Shown here: positions 27,919 to 36,681 of the stretch, piece by piece
How the letters are laid out: every line of letters begins with the position of its first letter
Position numbering within the stretch: position 1 is the first letter of the stretch
DNA from: an uncultured Eubacteriales bacterium
GTDB lineage: Bacteria > Bacillota > Clostridia > Lachnospirales > Lachnospiraceae
Length of the DNA stretch: 63,426 nucleotides
Assembly (NCBI GenBank): GCA_900317095.1
Contig: ONFL01000035.1
Coordinates: 1 to 63,426 of the forward strand
Direction: 5' to 3'
Translations under genes and position numbers: made by a program
Notes under the pieces: model-generated
Seen by the model: the letters and a program-made list of their open reading frames with translations, nothing else
Told to the model about the DNA's origin: nothing
The model's database searches: none

Positions 27919-30216
27919 ATGGCGCGAAAAAAGAAAAATGATTTCTGGGATGATGTAGACGAAACCAGAGTGGTCGTCAACGATTCTCCGGAAGATCCGG
28001 CCCCGGCGGCTGAAGAAGACTGGTCCGCGGTCAAGAGTACCCCCATAAAGGTACTGATGCGGCTGCTTCTGATGATTTCCTGCCTGGTTGCACTTGCTGC
28101 CGGATATATCTGCTATGAATATGTGAGGGACCGCTATACCGAGGGAAGCTACAGTGATGATTTTTACAGCAGCAGAAGCTTCGCCGACGAGTACAACAAC
28201 AGAGTTGACCAGCTGCTGAACCTGGTTTCCGCCATGGAGGCGGATTCCTCCGTCACCGATACAGGCAATGAGCAGCTCCTGAGCACCCTGGTTGAGAACT
28301 ATATGGGAAAGGGAACCAATTTTTCCTTTATCATTCAGGACCAGGACCTCTTTGAGCTGGCCAGCAGCGGCGATGATGCCCAGGACCGCATAGAAGCCAG
28401 CCACCACTATGTCAAGCTGACCTATGCCGACGGCAAGCTTGAGGTTGAGAGCACCCTCCGCGGCGACCTGCTGGATAAGGCAGGCTGGAAGAAGTCATTT
28501 TCCGCGGATAAGGGCAGCTATATCATTTATACTGCGGTAGATGATGAGCTGACTGCAAAGGATGGATTTTACAGCGCCAGACAGAACTTTGACAAGATGG
28601 GCAGCTACTTCGGCAAGGCAAGGATCGTGGGGATCATTGCGGCGATCGCCTTTATCATCTGCCTGATCTTTTGTATCATTGCCACCGGTCAAGTGCGTGG
28701 TTATGACGGCATAAAACTCAGCTGGTTCGACTATGTATTTACCGAACTGGCTCTGGTGATCATGGTCGCTGTCGCGGCCGGGCTTATCTATGCCTTCCGT
28801 TATGTGCGGACCATGGATGGGACCATGTATCAGTACGCTTCCTATGGCCTGATCGTGCTGATCTATATCTGGATTGCGCGCAGCTACTTCAGTATCGTGC
28901 GGCGGATCAAGACGGGACGCTTTTTGCGCAAGTCCCTGATCGGCATCATCATTCACGGTGTTTCTCATGCGGTCGGTTCTCTGCCTTTCCCGCTGAACGC
29001 GATCATTGGCGCCATTATTTTGATCATCATCAACGGCGGGACGGTTTACGGCCTGATATTCTGGCGGCAGTATGAGTTCCAGAAGATCCCGTTCATCAAG
29101 GGGATCCCGATCATGTACATCGCCGCGCCGGCTGTTTTTATCATTGAGCTCCTCGCGCTTCTGGTCCACAATATCGATAAGGGCAGAGCAGCCGAGGATG
29201 CGGAGCTTCCTCCGGACGAGGAGGAGGAATCCGCAGCCGGACAGGAAGCTGCACCGGCCGGCGGGGAAGCAGACCAGACAAAAGTATTCTCTGCTGTTAA
29301 TCCGGATCTTGAGACAGATACTGACGACAGCAGGGCAGTACCGGATCTTGAACTGGATGCCGCGCAGGATGAGGGCGAGCAGGAACAGGAATGGGAATCC
29401 ATGGATCTGAGCGAGGTGATATCTTCCGCACGTCGTCAGCAGGAGCAGAGTCCGGATGCCGCATCCGCAGAAGAGGCGCAGCAGCCGGCACAGCAGGAAA
29501 TATCCGCACAGCCGGAAGCATCCGTACAGGCGGAGACCGGGCCGCAGGCAGCTGCAGAAGAGGAAGCTCCCGCGCAGAGACTGCAGAGCAAAGCCGCTGC
29601 AGAAGTGCAGTCCAGTACAGTTGTTATCTCTTCTAAGGATATGGAGCAGGCCCTGCGGGATTCCGGCATCGTTCCTCTGGATGAGGATTTCGGCGGCAGC
29701 AGATCCGCGGGTAAGCAGGAGGCAGAAGCCAGCGCAGAAGCCGGGCAGGCAGAGCAGCCGGCTGCGCAGGAGCAGTCCGCAGAGGCGGCCCCCGCACCGG
29801 AAGCTGCGGCCCGCGTCAACTTCGTTCAGCTGAATAAGGATATTCGCAAGAGATTCCGTGCAGACCTGAAGAGCCGCGGTATCATTGTTACGGTCCGCGC
29901 GCCCGAGAAACCGGTTCTGGTCGATCTGGATGAAGAGCAGCTGCGGCAGATCATCACCAATATATTTGAACAGATAAAGCGTCTGTCTGCTGATAATGTC
30001 CGCAACTATCTTGAGACTTATGTTCAGGGCGGCAAGGTGGTATATATCGCCAAGATCGAGACTGCAGCGGATAAGGCACAAGAGGCCGGCGCAGCGGTTC
30101 AGGACGACAGTTTCCAGACTGCCCGCAGTCTTGTAGAGGCAGCCGGCGGCAGGTTTGTCGTGGTTCATGACGGAAGTCTGATGAAGGTCGGAGCCCTGAT
30201 GAACGCGGCAAAGTAA
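27919..30216 (+). CDS. Polytopic membrane protein with Q/E/A-rich linker and degenerate histidine-kinase-like ATPase C-domain
   Basis: One TM near residue 50 and about six more between roughly residues 245 and 420. A low-complexity acidic/Q-rich stretch of about 220 aa. The C-terminal ~130 aa have the HATPase_c layout (L.QIITNIFEQIKR..; GGRFVVVHDG) but no G1/G2 boxes and no H-box. Confidence 0.6.
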   Translation: MARKKKNDFWDDVDETRVVVNDSPEDPAPAAEEDWSAVKSTPIKVLMRLLLMISCLVALAAGYICYEYVRDRYTEGSYSDDFYSSRSFADEYNNRVDQLLNLVSAMEADSSVTDTGNEQLLSTLVENYMGKGTNFSFIIQDQDLFELASSGDDAQDRIEASHHYVKLTYADGKLEVESTLRGDLLDKAGWKKSFSADKGSYIIYTAVDDELTAKDGFYSARQNFDKMGSYFGKARIVGIIAAIAFIICLIFCIIATGQVRGYDGIKLSWFDYVFTELALVIMVAVAAGLIYAFRYVRTMDGTMYQYASYGLIVLIYIWIARSYFSIVRRIKTGRFLRKSLIGIIIHGVSHAVGSLPFPLNAIIGAIILIIINGGTVYGLIFWRQYEFQKIPFIKGIPIMYIAAPAVFIIELLALLVHNIDKGRAAEDAELPPDEEEESAAGQEAAPAGGEADQTKVFSAVNPDLETDTDDSRAVPDLELDAAQDEGEQEQEWESMDLSEVISSARRQQEQSPDAASAEEAQQPAQQEISAQPEASVQAETGPQAAAEEEAPAQRLQSKAAAEVQSSTVVISSKDMEQALRDSGIVPLDEDFGGSRSAGKQEAEASAEAGQAEQPAAQEQSAEAAPAPEAAARVNFVQLNKDIRKRFRADLKSRGIIVTVRAPEKPVLVDLDEEQLRQIITNIFEQIKRLSADNVRNYLETYVQGGKVVYIAKIETAADKAQEAGAAVQDDSFQTARSLVEAAGGRFVVVHDGSLMKVGALMNAAK

Positions 30217-30312
30217 ATAGAAAAGCAAAAAAAGAAAGCTTGTATCTCCATTGTATGGCGGTACAGGCTTTCTTTCTTATTTACGCTTGCTGCCCCTTCT
30301 GCAGGGCAGATT

Positions 30313-30579
30313 TCAGTCTTCTTCTATGATCTGGATCTCAAAGAAGGAGAAAGGGATCTCCTCTATGAAATTATCCTGGCTGAAGCGGGTGCGGCTGGTT
30401 CTCTGGAATTCACGGATGTTTGCGTCCAGCCAGATCGGTTCGGCCAGGTCGAAGCGGCGGCACAGGGCGGTAACGGCATGGACGACCTTCGCGGTCCTGC
30501 GGTCACCGCTCCCGTCCTCAATGACAAAATCTTCTGTAATATGGCTGCCGGTATAGATTTTTCCCCATAAGCGGAACAT
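30313..30579 (-). CDS. Conserved hypothetical small protein (88 aa)
   Basis: ORF 30313..30597. The third ATG (30579) is best spaced from AAGGAG. No recognised motif. Confidence 0.55.
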   Translation of the reverse strand: MFRLWGKIYTGSHITEDFVIEDGSGDRRTAKVVHAVTALCRRFDLAEPIWLDANIREFQRTSRTRFSQDNFIEEIPFSFFEIQIIEED

Positions 30580-30700
30580 AGGCATCTCCTTTATCATGTC
30601 CTCAGCTGGTATTTTTGCCTATATGGTAGCACCGGCGGGGAAGGAAAGTCAATGCCGGCGGCGGCGGCCTATTTTTGCACTCGCATGCTTTGCCCCGATG

Positions 30701-30713
30701 TGTTATGATAACA
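30701..30713. promoter_or_regulatory. Perfect palindrome TGTTAT-G-ATAACA overlapping an extended -10 (TGtTATGAT)
   Basis: Seen directly, about 55 nt upstream of the GTG start at 30768. A candidate operator overlapping a promoter. Confidence 0.35.
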
Positions 30714-30767
30714 TAGAATATTTTTGTTCCCCGGAAGGCAGATCCGGGGATAAAGGAGTATAAGATC

Positions 30768-31958
30768 GTGAACGGAAACATTTATATAAACTGCGCTTAC
30801 GAGGATATAGACCGCGCCAGAGCACTGGCTGAGCGGCTTGCGGGGCTGGACATTCATGCCGTCTGCGGCGGAGAGAGCGAGGAGAAGATCGCCGCCAGCG
30901 CTTTTGTGCTGAATCTTTGCAGCGAGAAGAGCAGAACATCTAAGACATTTCGCAAGGGCATGAATTATGCCTTAAAGCATCAGCTGGATATGATCACTAT
31001 TCATATAGGGGAGCAGGGAATCCGTACTGACATGGAAAGCATGTTCTGGACAGCGGCACAGCTGTTCCGCTTAAGCTGCAGGGAGAATGCAGCACAGGCA
31101 GAGACTGCAGTACAGGAACAGGCAGGGGCTGCAAATCGGGCAGAGATAGGGGCTGTCGGGCCGGCTGCTCCTGCCGTGTCCGGCCCGCAGACGCCGGCAG
31201 ACCAAGAAGAGGCGCAGCCTGAGGAGAAAGTCCGGGAAGAAGCAGGAGAGACATTGCCGGCCGGCGCTGAGACAGCGCAGGGTAAGGAGGAGGCAGACCT
31301 GCCGATCCGGGCTTCACAGCAAGGCCGGAATAAGAGCGAACAGGAGAAGCTCAGCGAGCGGGAGTCTCTCTATCTGGAGGGTAAGAGGTGGCTCAGCGGA
31401 GAGAACGGACAGGCCGACTCCCGGAAAGCTTTTGCCCTTTTCCGCCAGGCGGCCAATCAGGGCTTCATAAAAGCGCAGTATCAGATGAGTATATGTTACG
31501 ATGAAGGGATCGGCGTCCGCAGAGATGTAACAGAGGCAGCCAGGTGGCTGGAGATGGCGGCTTACGGCGGCGACCCGGCTGCCCAGAGTGAGATAGGCTA
31601 CTGTTATGAAATCGGGCAGGGGGTTCCCCGGAATATCCGGGAAGCTGTCCGCTGGTATGCGATCGCTTCTGAACAGGGGAATGCCCAGGCCAAGAACAAT
31701 CTCGCCTACTGCTACCAGAAGGGCCGCGGCGTGACAAAAGATGTAAAGGAAGCCATCCGCCTTTATACAGAGGCCGCCGAGGCCGGCGACGCCAGCGCCC
31801 AGTACAATCTGGGCTACTGCTACTGGTACGGTGAAGGCATAAAGACCGATAAACAGAAAGCCATCGGCCTCTTTTCCAGATCCGCCGCCCAGGGCAACGC
31901 CAAGGCAGAACAGATGGTTAAGATCCTCGGGCAGTATTCTTATGTGAAGCGTCCTTAG
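30768..31958 (+). CDS. Sel1-repeat (SLR) protein with TIR-like N-terminal domain and E/A/Q-rich linker
   Basis: GTG start after AAAGGAG. The C-terminal half has about 5 tandem Sel1 repeats (A..W...AA.QG.A.AQ..LG.CY..G.GV..D..KA). The N-terminal ~100 aa follow a TIR_2-like pattern (IYINCAYEDIDRARALAERL...FVLNLCSEKS..SK......YALK....MITIHI). The TIR call is tentative. Confidence 0.7.
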   Translation: MNGNIYINCAYEDIDRARALAERLAGLDIHAVCGGESEEKIAASAFVLNLCSEKSRTSKTFRKGMNYALKHQLDMITIHIGEQGIRTDMESMFWTAAQLFRLSCRENAAQAETAVQEQAGAANRAEIGAVGPAAPAVSGPQTPADQEEAQPEEKVREEAGETLPAGAETAQGKEEADLPIRASQQGRNKSEQEKLSERESLYLEGKRWLSGENGQADSRKAFALFRQAANQGFIKAQYQMSICYDEGIGVRRDVTEAARWLEMAAYGGDPAAQSEIGYCYEIGQGVPRNIREAVRWYAIASEQGNAQAKNNLAYCYQKGRGVTKDVKEAIRLYTEAAEAGDASAQYNLGYCYWYGEGIKTDKQKAIGLFSRSAAQGNAKAEQMVKILGQYSYVKRP

Positions 31959-32735
31959 ATGACAGGGAGAGGAGATATAGAATTTATGAGCGGGGACAAG
32001 AAGAACGTACTTACAGCAGACGAGAGAATGCTGAGAGATTATATTCAGACAAAGACGCAGCAGGTATTAAAGGATCTGGACAGCCTGGCAGCCAGGGGTG
32101 AAGAGCAGCTGGACCCCTGGTCCGCGGATTTTGCCACTCTGGTCAGGACCTGTGGAAAGAATTCTCCGGAAGCCTTCCGCTGGTTCAAATATTATCTGCG
32201 GGAGGGAAGGATCCCGGCAGCAGTGCAGCTGCCGCTTCTGGTGCAGATCTATCTGGACAGCACCGTGGATGCCGGATTTATGAATATCCTGGCCCGCCTG
32301 CTGAAAAATGAGCCGCAGGACCGCAGAGAAGAGCGGATGCAGCAGACAAAGAAAGCCCTGCAGAGCGTCTGCTCAGAAGACGGTATCCTCACCCTTTACC
32401 GGGGCAGTTTTGAAAAGCCCTTCGGCTATATGGATGATGCCAGCCGTCCGATAGAGAAGGCATTTTCCTTCACGACCCGGGAGGATATCGCCAAACGCTA
32501 CGCAGTCATGTGGTTCCCGGCCAGGGCTGCCATTTACAAGGTCAGCGTGCCGGTGGAGGACGCAGCCGGGTATCTTCTCTATGATGAAGAAGAGACCGTC
32601 GTGCTTTTGCCGAAGGTAAAGGGCGGCCGTCTGGAGATCCTGGAGGAGCGGGAGATCCCGAAAGAAGAGTACGGCAGCGCCGAAGAAGAGAAAATGGCAC
32701 GGGAGTCCTACAGATATCTGAAGCAGGCGCAGTAG
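31959..32735 (+). CDS. Hypothetical protein with ADP-ribosyltransferase-like R-S-E motif pattern
   Basis: ATG abuts the upstream stop; an alternative ATG at 31986 follows GGGAGAGGAG. C-terminal half carries LTLYRGSFEKPFGY (R148), AFSFTT (170-173) and YDEEETVVLLP (210-212), with spacing like the YRG / STS / ExE motifs of ART toxins. The motif match was made by eye only. Confidence 0.55.
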   Translation: MTGRGDIEFMSGDKKNVLTADERMLRDYIQTKTQQVLKDLDSLAARGEEQLDPWSADFATLVRTCGKNSPEAFRWFKYYLREGRIPAAVQLPLLVQIYLDSTVDAGFMNILARLLKNEPQDRREERMQQTKKALQSVCSEDGILTLYRGSFEKPFGYMDDASRPIEKAFSFTTREDIAKRYAVMWFPARAAIYKVSVPVEDAAGYLLYDEEETVVLLPKVKGGRLEILEEREIPKEEYGSAEEEKMARESYRYLKQAQ

Positions 32736-32831
32736 GACCTGTCCCTTATTCTGGAGGAATGGAACATAGACGATCAGCGGGATGCCGCGGATATTTGCAC
32801 CGGAGACGAATACGGATCCGTTCAGTGGGAG

Positions 32832-35800
32832 ATGAAAAAAGTGGATAATAAGGTAAATGAAGCCGCCCTTACCAAGCGTGTGAAGACCCTGGTGCTGCAG
32901 GGGCGTTTTGAGGATGCCCTGCAGGCATTTGAGGGCGTTGATATTCACAGAATAAGGAACAATTCAATCCTCTGCCTGGTCGGCGAGACCTACATGGGCC
33001 TGGGGCGTTATGATGAGGCGGAGACCGTCCTGCTGCGTGTTTATGAGAAACAGTCCAATACCCGCAGGATTCTTGATCTGCTGACGACATTGTATACGGA
33101 CATGGGCGAGTTCTCGGAGGCGGAGTTCTATTATAAGGAATTTATCAGTATTGCTTCCAAGGATCTGCACCGCTATATTCTCCGCTACCGTCTGGATAAG
33201 GCCAAGGGTGAGCGGCTCTCTGTGCTGATCGGTACACTGGAGAAGCTGAAGGAGTATGAGTACATTGAGGAATGGGCCTACGAGCTGGCTTCTCTGTATG
33301 AGCAGAGCGGGCAGACCCAGAAGTGCATCCATGAGTGTGATGAGATCGTTCTCTGGTTCGGTCATGGTGAATATGTCGATAAGGCGATCGCCCTCAAGTG
33401 CAGGCTGACCGGGCAGCCCCTTCCGGCTGTGTCCACGGTGGAAATGTATGAGGAGAGCCATCCGGATGAGGAGGAAGGATACTCGCTGCCTCCGGAAAAT
33501 GAAGAACCGGCGGAAGCGGAGAATGAGGAAATAACCGAAGAACCGGAAGAGGCTGAGAAGCCGGACCAGACTGAAGAAGCGGAGCCGGAAGAGTCTGCGG
33601 ATGCAGAAGCAGCCGCAGCAGCGGATCAGGAAGCGGAGAAGGCCGCAGAGTCAGATCAGGCCGCGGAAGCAGCTGCAAAAGCGGAAACAGTGGAAGCTGA
33701 AACCGCGGAGGCGGATCAGGCTGCGGAGCCGGAAGAGACTGAGTCTGCGGTAACGGCTGTGGAGCCGGTGGAAGCTGCGGAAGCAGCAGATGCTGAACAG
33801 CCCCTGGAAGGCGTAGAAACTGCCGCTGCAGAGACGGCTGAAGCTGCAGCGGAGGAAAAAACCACTGCCGGGAGTGAAGATAATTCCCTTAATGGAGTCG
33901 TGTTCGACAAAGAAAGGGTATTTGCAGGCAGTATCGATACGGATCTGATCGCGAGAGCTCTGGAGGTGAAAGCACAGGCGCAGAAAGCGGAAGCGGAAGC
34001 AGAGCAGGCCAGGGCAGAGGCAAGAGCCGCAAAGGCAGAAGCAGAAGCTGCCAGGATCCGGGCTGAGGAAGCAGAGGCCAGAGCGGCGGCAATAGAAGCC
34101 AGAACGGCGGCAGAGAAAAAGGCGCGGGCAGAGGCCGAAGAGGAAAAAGCGGAAACGGAAGCGGCGGCGGAGACTACTGAGAATGTAGAAATGGAAGCGG
34201 CGGAAGAAGCTGCAGAGGCGGATGTTGAAGCAGAAGCCGCAGAGGCAGAGCCGGAAGAGGCTGCGGAAGTTGAAGCAGAAGCCGCAGAGGCAGTGCCGGG
34301 AGAAGAAAAAGCGGAGGCTGAACTGGAAGATAAGGCCGCAGAAGCAGAACCGGCAGACGAAGCTGCAGAGGAAGAACCGGAAGAAACGGCGGAGACAGCG
34401 GAAGAATCCGGGGCAAAGCGTGGAGCTTCTTCAATCGCGGCCTTCTTTGGCTCTCTGTTTGGAGGAAGGCGCAGTAAGAAAAAGGAGAAAGCTGTTCAGG
34501 ATGCTCAGGAAGAAGAATCGTCACAGCCTCAGCCGACAGAGGAGGCAGAGCAGGGGCAGCCCAGCCCTATTTCTTCCGAATTCAGGGAATCTATAGAACG
34601 AGACCTGCGCAGAGATGCCGGAATACAGAGTCTGGAGAAGGATATCAGCGAAGTGCTGGGTTCCGGCAGTGAAGCCGAGGATTCCAGGGATGAAATATAC
34701 AGCGAGGCAGAAGCCTCTGAAGAAGCAGAAGCTGTTTCCGAAGAGAGAGAGTCTGGCGCAGACGAGATCATAACAGAGGGCGAAGAGGCTGAAGAAGATG
34801 GAATCGCCGCAGAGGAGGAATCCGAAGAGGAAGCTGAAGAGGCTGAGACTGCCGCTGAGGACGAAGAGCCAGAAGAGCAAGAGGCCGCTGCTGAGGAAGA
34901 AGAGCCAGAAGAGCAAGAGGCCGCCGCTGAGGGTGAAGAGCCCGAAGAGGATGAGACCGCTGCAGTAGAAGAAGAGCCAGAAGAGCAAGAGACCGCTGCG
35001 GAGGATGAAGAATTCGAAGAAGACGAGATCATAACAGAGGAAGAAGAACTCGAAAATGCGGAGATCCTTAAAGAGGAAGAGCTGTCCGATGAAGAAGGGT
35101 CTGCCGCAGTAGATGAGGAGCCCGAAGAGGCAGAGATTCCCACAGAAGCGGAGCCTGAAGAGAATGAGACTGCCGCTGAAGAGGAATCCGAAGAGGATAA
35201 GATAGCCGCTGAGGAAGAAGAGTCCGAAGAAAATGAGACCATAACAGAGGAAGAAGATTTCGAGGAGGACGAGATCCTTTCAGAGGAAGAAACTGCTGCG
35301 GCGGATGAGAATCTTTTCGCGGATGCATTTTCCGAGGACGATGAGGATGACGCAGAAGACGAAGTCATCGATGAATCCGGGAATGATGAAAGCGGATTTT
35401 TGATGGAAGGAGAGACAGAGGAATCTTCCGGAGAAGAGGCAGAGAAAGCCGTCGAAGAAGAGGCAGAGAAGACTGCCGAAGAAGAGACGGAGGAGCCTGC
35501 CGGGGAGGATATCCCGATTCAGGCAGATTCTGCTGAACTGGAAGATGCCATAAGCGCGGAATTGGATTCGGAAATCGCCACTGACGATATCACCGCTGAC
35601 GAAATCGATGCTGACGAAGACGATGACGACGAGGATGAGATTACGGATGCGCCGGACAGTCTGGATAAGGACATCATCGATGAGTTGGCAGATGAGGACG
35701 AAAACGAGGATGAAATCTCTGACGACCTGCAGGCCAGTGATACGATTATGAATATTTTCGGGGCGGTTGCCGGCGTATCCAGGATAAAGCAGCAGCTGAC

Positions 35801-36512
35801 TGAGACATTTACAAAATTTGCAGACCCGGCACTGGACAGCATGGATCTTCTGGCACCCTACGATATCAATTTTGTTGTAACCGGAGAGGATATGACTGCC
35901 AAATCTCAGATTGCAGTCGGCATCGCAAAGGCACTTAACACCTATGGTGTATGCGATAAAAACAAGATAGCCCGTGCAACCAGTGAAAATCTGAATAACC
36001 GCGACTTTTCGATGATATTTGATAAGCTCAAAGGCGGCTGCCTCATAGTGGAAGACGCGGATAAGCTGAATGAAAATGCCGTACGCATTATATCTGATTA
36101 TATTGAAAAAGAAGGTCAGGATACTGCGATCGTTCTGGAGACCAGTGAGAAGCAGATGAAAGAAGTTTTCCGTACATACCCGGAACTGCGGAGAAAATTT
36201 CTTAACATCATCCACATTTCCAAGTACAATGAAAATGAACTTGTTCAGCTTGCTGCCGGTTATGCCAAAAACAAGGGTTACGAGGTTCCGGACAATACGC
36301 GCAATGTGCTGCGCCGCCTGATGAGAGAAAGGATGCAGGACGGTGAATCCGTAAACTATGAAGATATCATGGAGATGGTAGAGGAAGCAATCGCCAGCCT
36401 GGAGAAAAGGAACATGAAAAACCTTTTTATGACAGTTCTGGACAATAAATATGAGGAAGCAGCCATGTTTGAGCTGCGCCCGGAGGACTTCCAGACAGGG
36501 GAAATTTGTTAA
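32832..36512 (+). CDS. TPR-repeat protein with ~750-aa acidic E/A-rich linker and C-terminal divergent SpoVK/CbxX-type AAA domain
   Basis: N-terminal ~190 aa are TPR-like helices (GRYDEAE..L..VY, GEFSEAEFYYKEFI). Residues ~210-965 are almost only E/A/D/T/P. The C-terminus aligns by eye to SpoVK-type AAA proteins: NFVVTGEDMTAKS in place of GNPGTGKT, CLIVEDAD in place of LFIDEAY, then the lid helices. Confidence 0.7.
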   Translation: MKKVDNKVNEAALTKRVKTLVLQGRFEDALQAFEGVDIHRIRNNSILCLVGETYMGLGRYDEAETVLLRVYEKQSNTRRILDLLTTLYTDMGEFSEAEFYYKEFISIASKDLHRYILRYRLDKAKGERLSVLIGTLEKLKEYEYIEEWAYELASLYEQSGQTQKCIHECDEIVLWFGHGEYVDKAIALKCRLTGQPLPAVSTVEMYEESHPDEEEGYSLPPENEEPAEAENEEITEEPEEAEKPDQTEEAEPEESADAEAAAAADQEAEKAAESDQAAEAAAKAETVEAETAEADQAAEPEETESAVTAVEPVEAAEAADAEQPLEGVETAAAETAEAAAEEKTTAGSEDNSLNGVVFDKERVFAGSIDTDLIARALEVKAQAQKAEAEAEQARAEARAAKAEAEAARIRAEEAEARAAAIEARTAAEKKARAEAEEEKAETEAAAETTENVEMEAAEEAAEADVEAEAAEAEPEEAAEVEAEAAEAVPGEEKAEAELEDKAAEAEPADEAAEEEPEETAETAEESGAKRGASSIAAFFGSLFGGRRSKKKEKAVQDAQEEESSQPQPTEEAEQGQPSPISSEFRESIERDLRRDAGIQSLEKDISEVLGSGSEAEDSRDEIYSEAEASEEAEAVSEERESGADEIITEGEEAEEDGIAAEEESEEEAEEAETAAEDEEPEEQEAAAEEEEPEEQEAAAEGEEPEEDETAAVEEEPEEQETAAEDEEFEEDEIITEEEELENAEILKEEELSDEEGSAAVDEEPEEAEIPTEAEPEENETAAEEESEEDKIAAEEEESEENETITEEEDFEEDEILSEEETAAADENLFADAFSEDDEDDAEDEVIDESGNDESGFLMEGETEESSGEEAEKAVEEEAEKTAEEETEEPAGEDIPIQADSAELEDAISAELDSEIATDDITADEIDADEDDDDEDEITDAPDSLDKDIIDELADEDENEDEISDDLQASDTIMNIFGAVAGVSRIKQQLTETFTKFADPALDSMDLLAPYDINFVVTGEDMTAKSQIAVGIAKALNTYGVCDKNKIARATSENLNNRDFSMIFDKLKGGCLIVEDADKLNENAVRIISDYIEKEGQDTAIVLETSEKQMKEVFRTYPELRRKFLNIIHISKYNENELVQLAAGYAKNKGYEVPDNTRNVLRRLMRERMQDGESVNYEDIMEMVEEAIASLEKRNMKNLFMTVLDNKYEEAAMFELRPEDFQTGEIC
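33460..35730 (+). repeat. Low-complexity acidic coding region with internal 36-39-nt tandem repeats
   Basis: Examples include EEPEEQEAAAE x3 and then variants (34860-35290), plus AEAEA/KAEAE runs (33960-34330). It generates spurious long ORFs in other frames. Confidence 0.85.
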
Positions 36513-36592
36513 AAAAACGACAGACACAGGATGCGTAAATGTTGCAGATTTTATAAAGTTATTGCAAAGTCAGGCAAATACTACCCTCAGAC

Positions 36593-36621
36593 TTGACAAG
36601 ATTTCCAAAATTAAGTAAGAT
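36593..36621 (+). promoter_or_regulatory. Putative sigma-A promoter of etfBA (TTGACA-N17-TAAGAT)
   Basis: Consensus -35 at 36593 and -10 at 36616, 60 nt upstream of the etfB start. Confidence 0.5.
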
Positions 36622-36681
36622 ATTAACAATGGTGTAGTTATACATTAGTAACAATCTATTTTTCATTAAGGAGGTATTATT

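Noticed and set aside
28495-30228. 577-aa antisense ORF, plus several 70-130-aa ORFs, within 29046-29833.
   Set aside because: They lie in or opposite the Q/E/A-rich low-complexity linker of the 765-aa membrane protein. The biased composition keeps several frames open.
33394-36527. Many alternative-frame ORFs (for example 34529-35368, 279 aa, Ser-rich; 35280-36527, 415 aa) and repeat periodicity that could superficially resemble an array.
   Set aside because: All fall inside the polyacidic coding repeat of the 1226-aa protein. The repeats are in-frame codon repeats (GAA/GAG/GCN) with no spacer-repeat structure, so this is not a CRISPR array and these are not separate genes.
36540-36680. Possible Rex-type operator (TTGTTAA-N4-TTAACAA) in the etfBA promoter region.
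   Set aside because: Only a single TTAACAA half-site and weak partial dyads are present. This is not enough to call a binding site.
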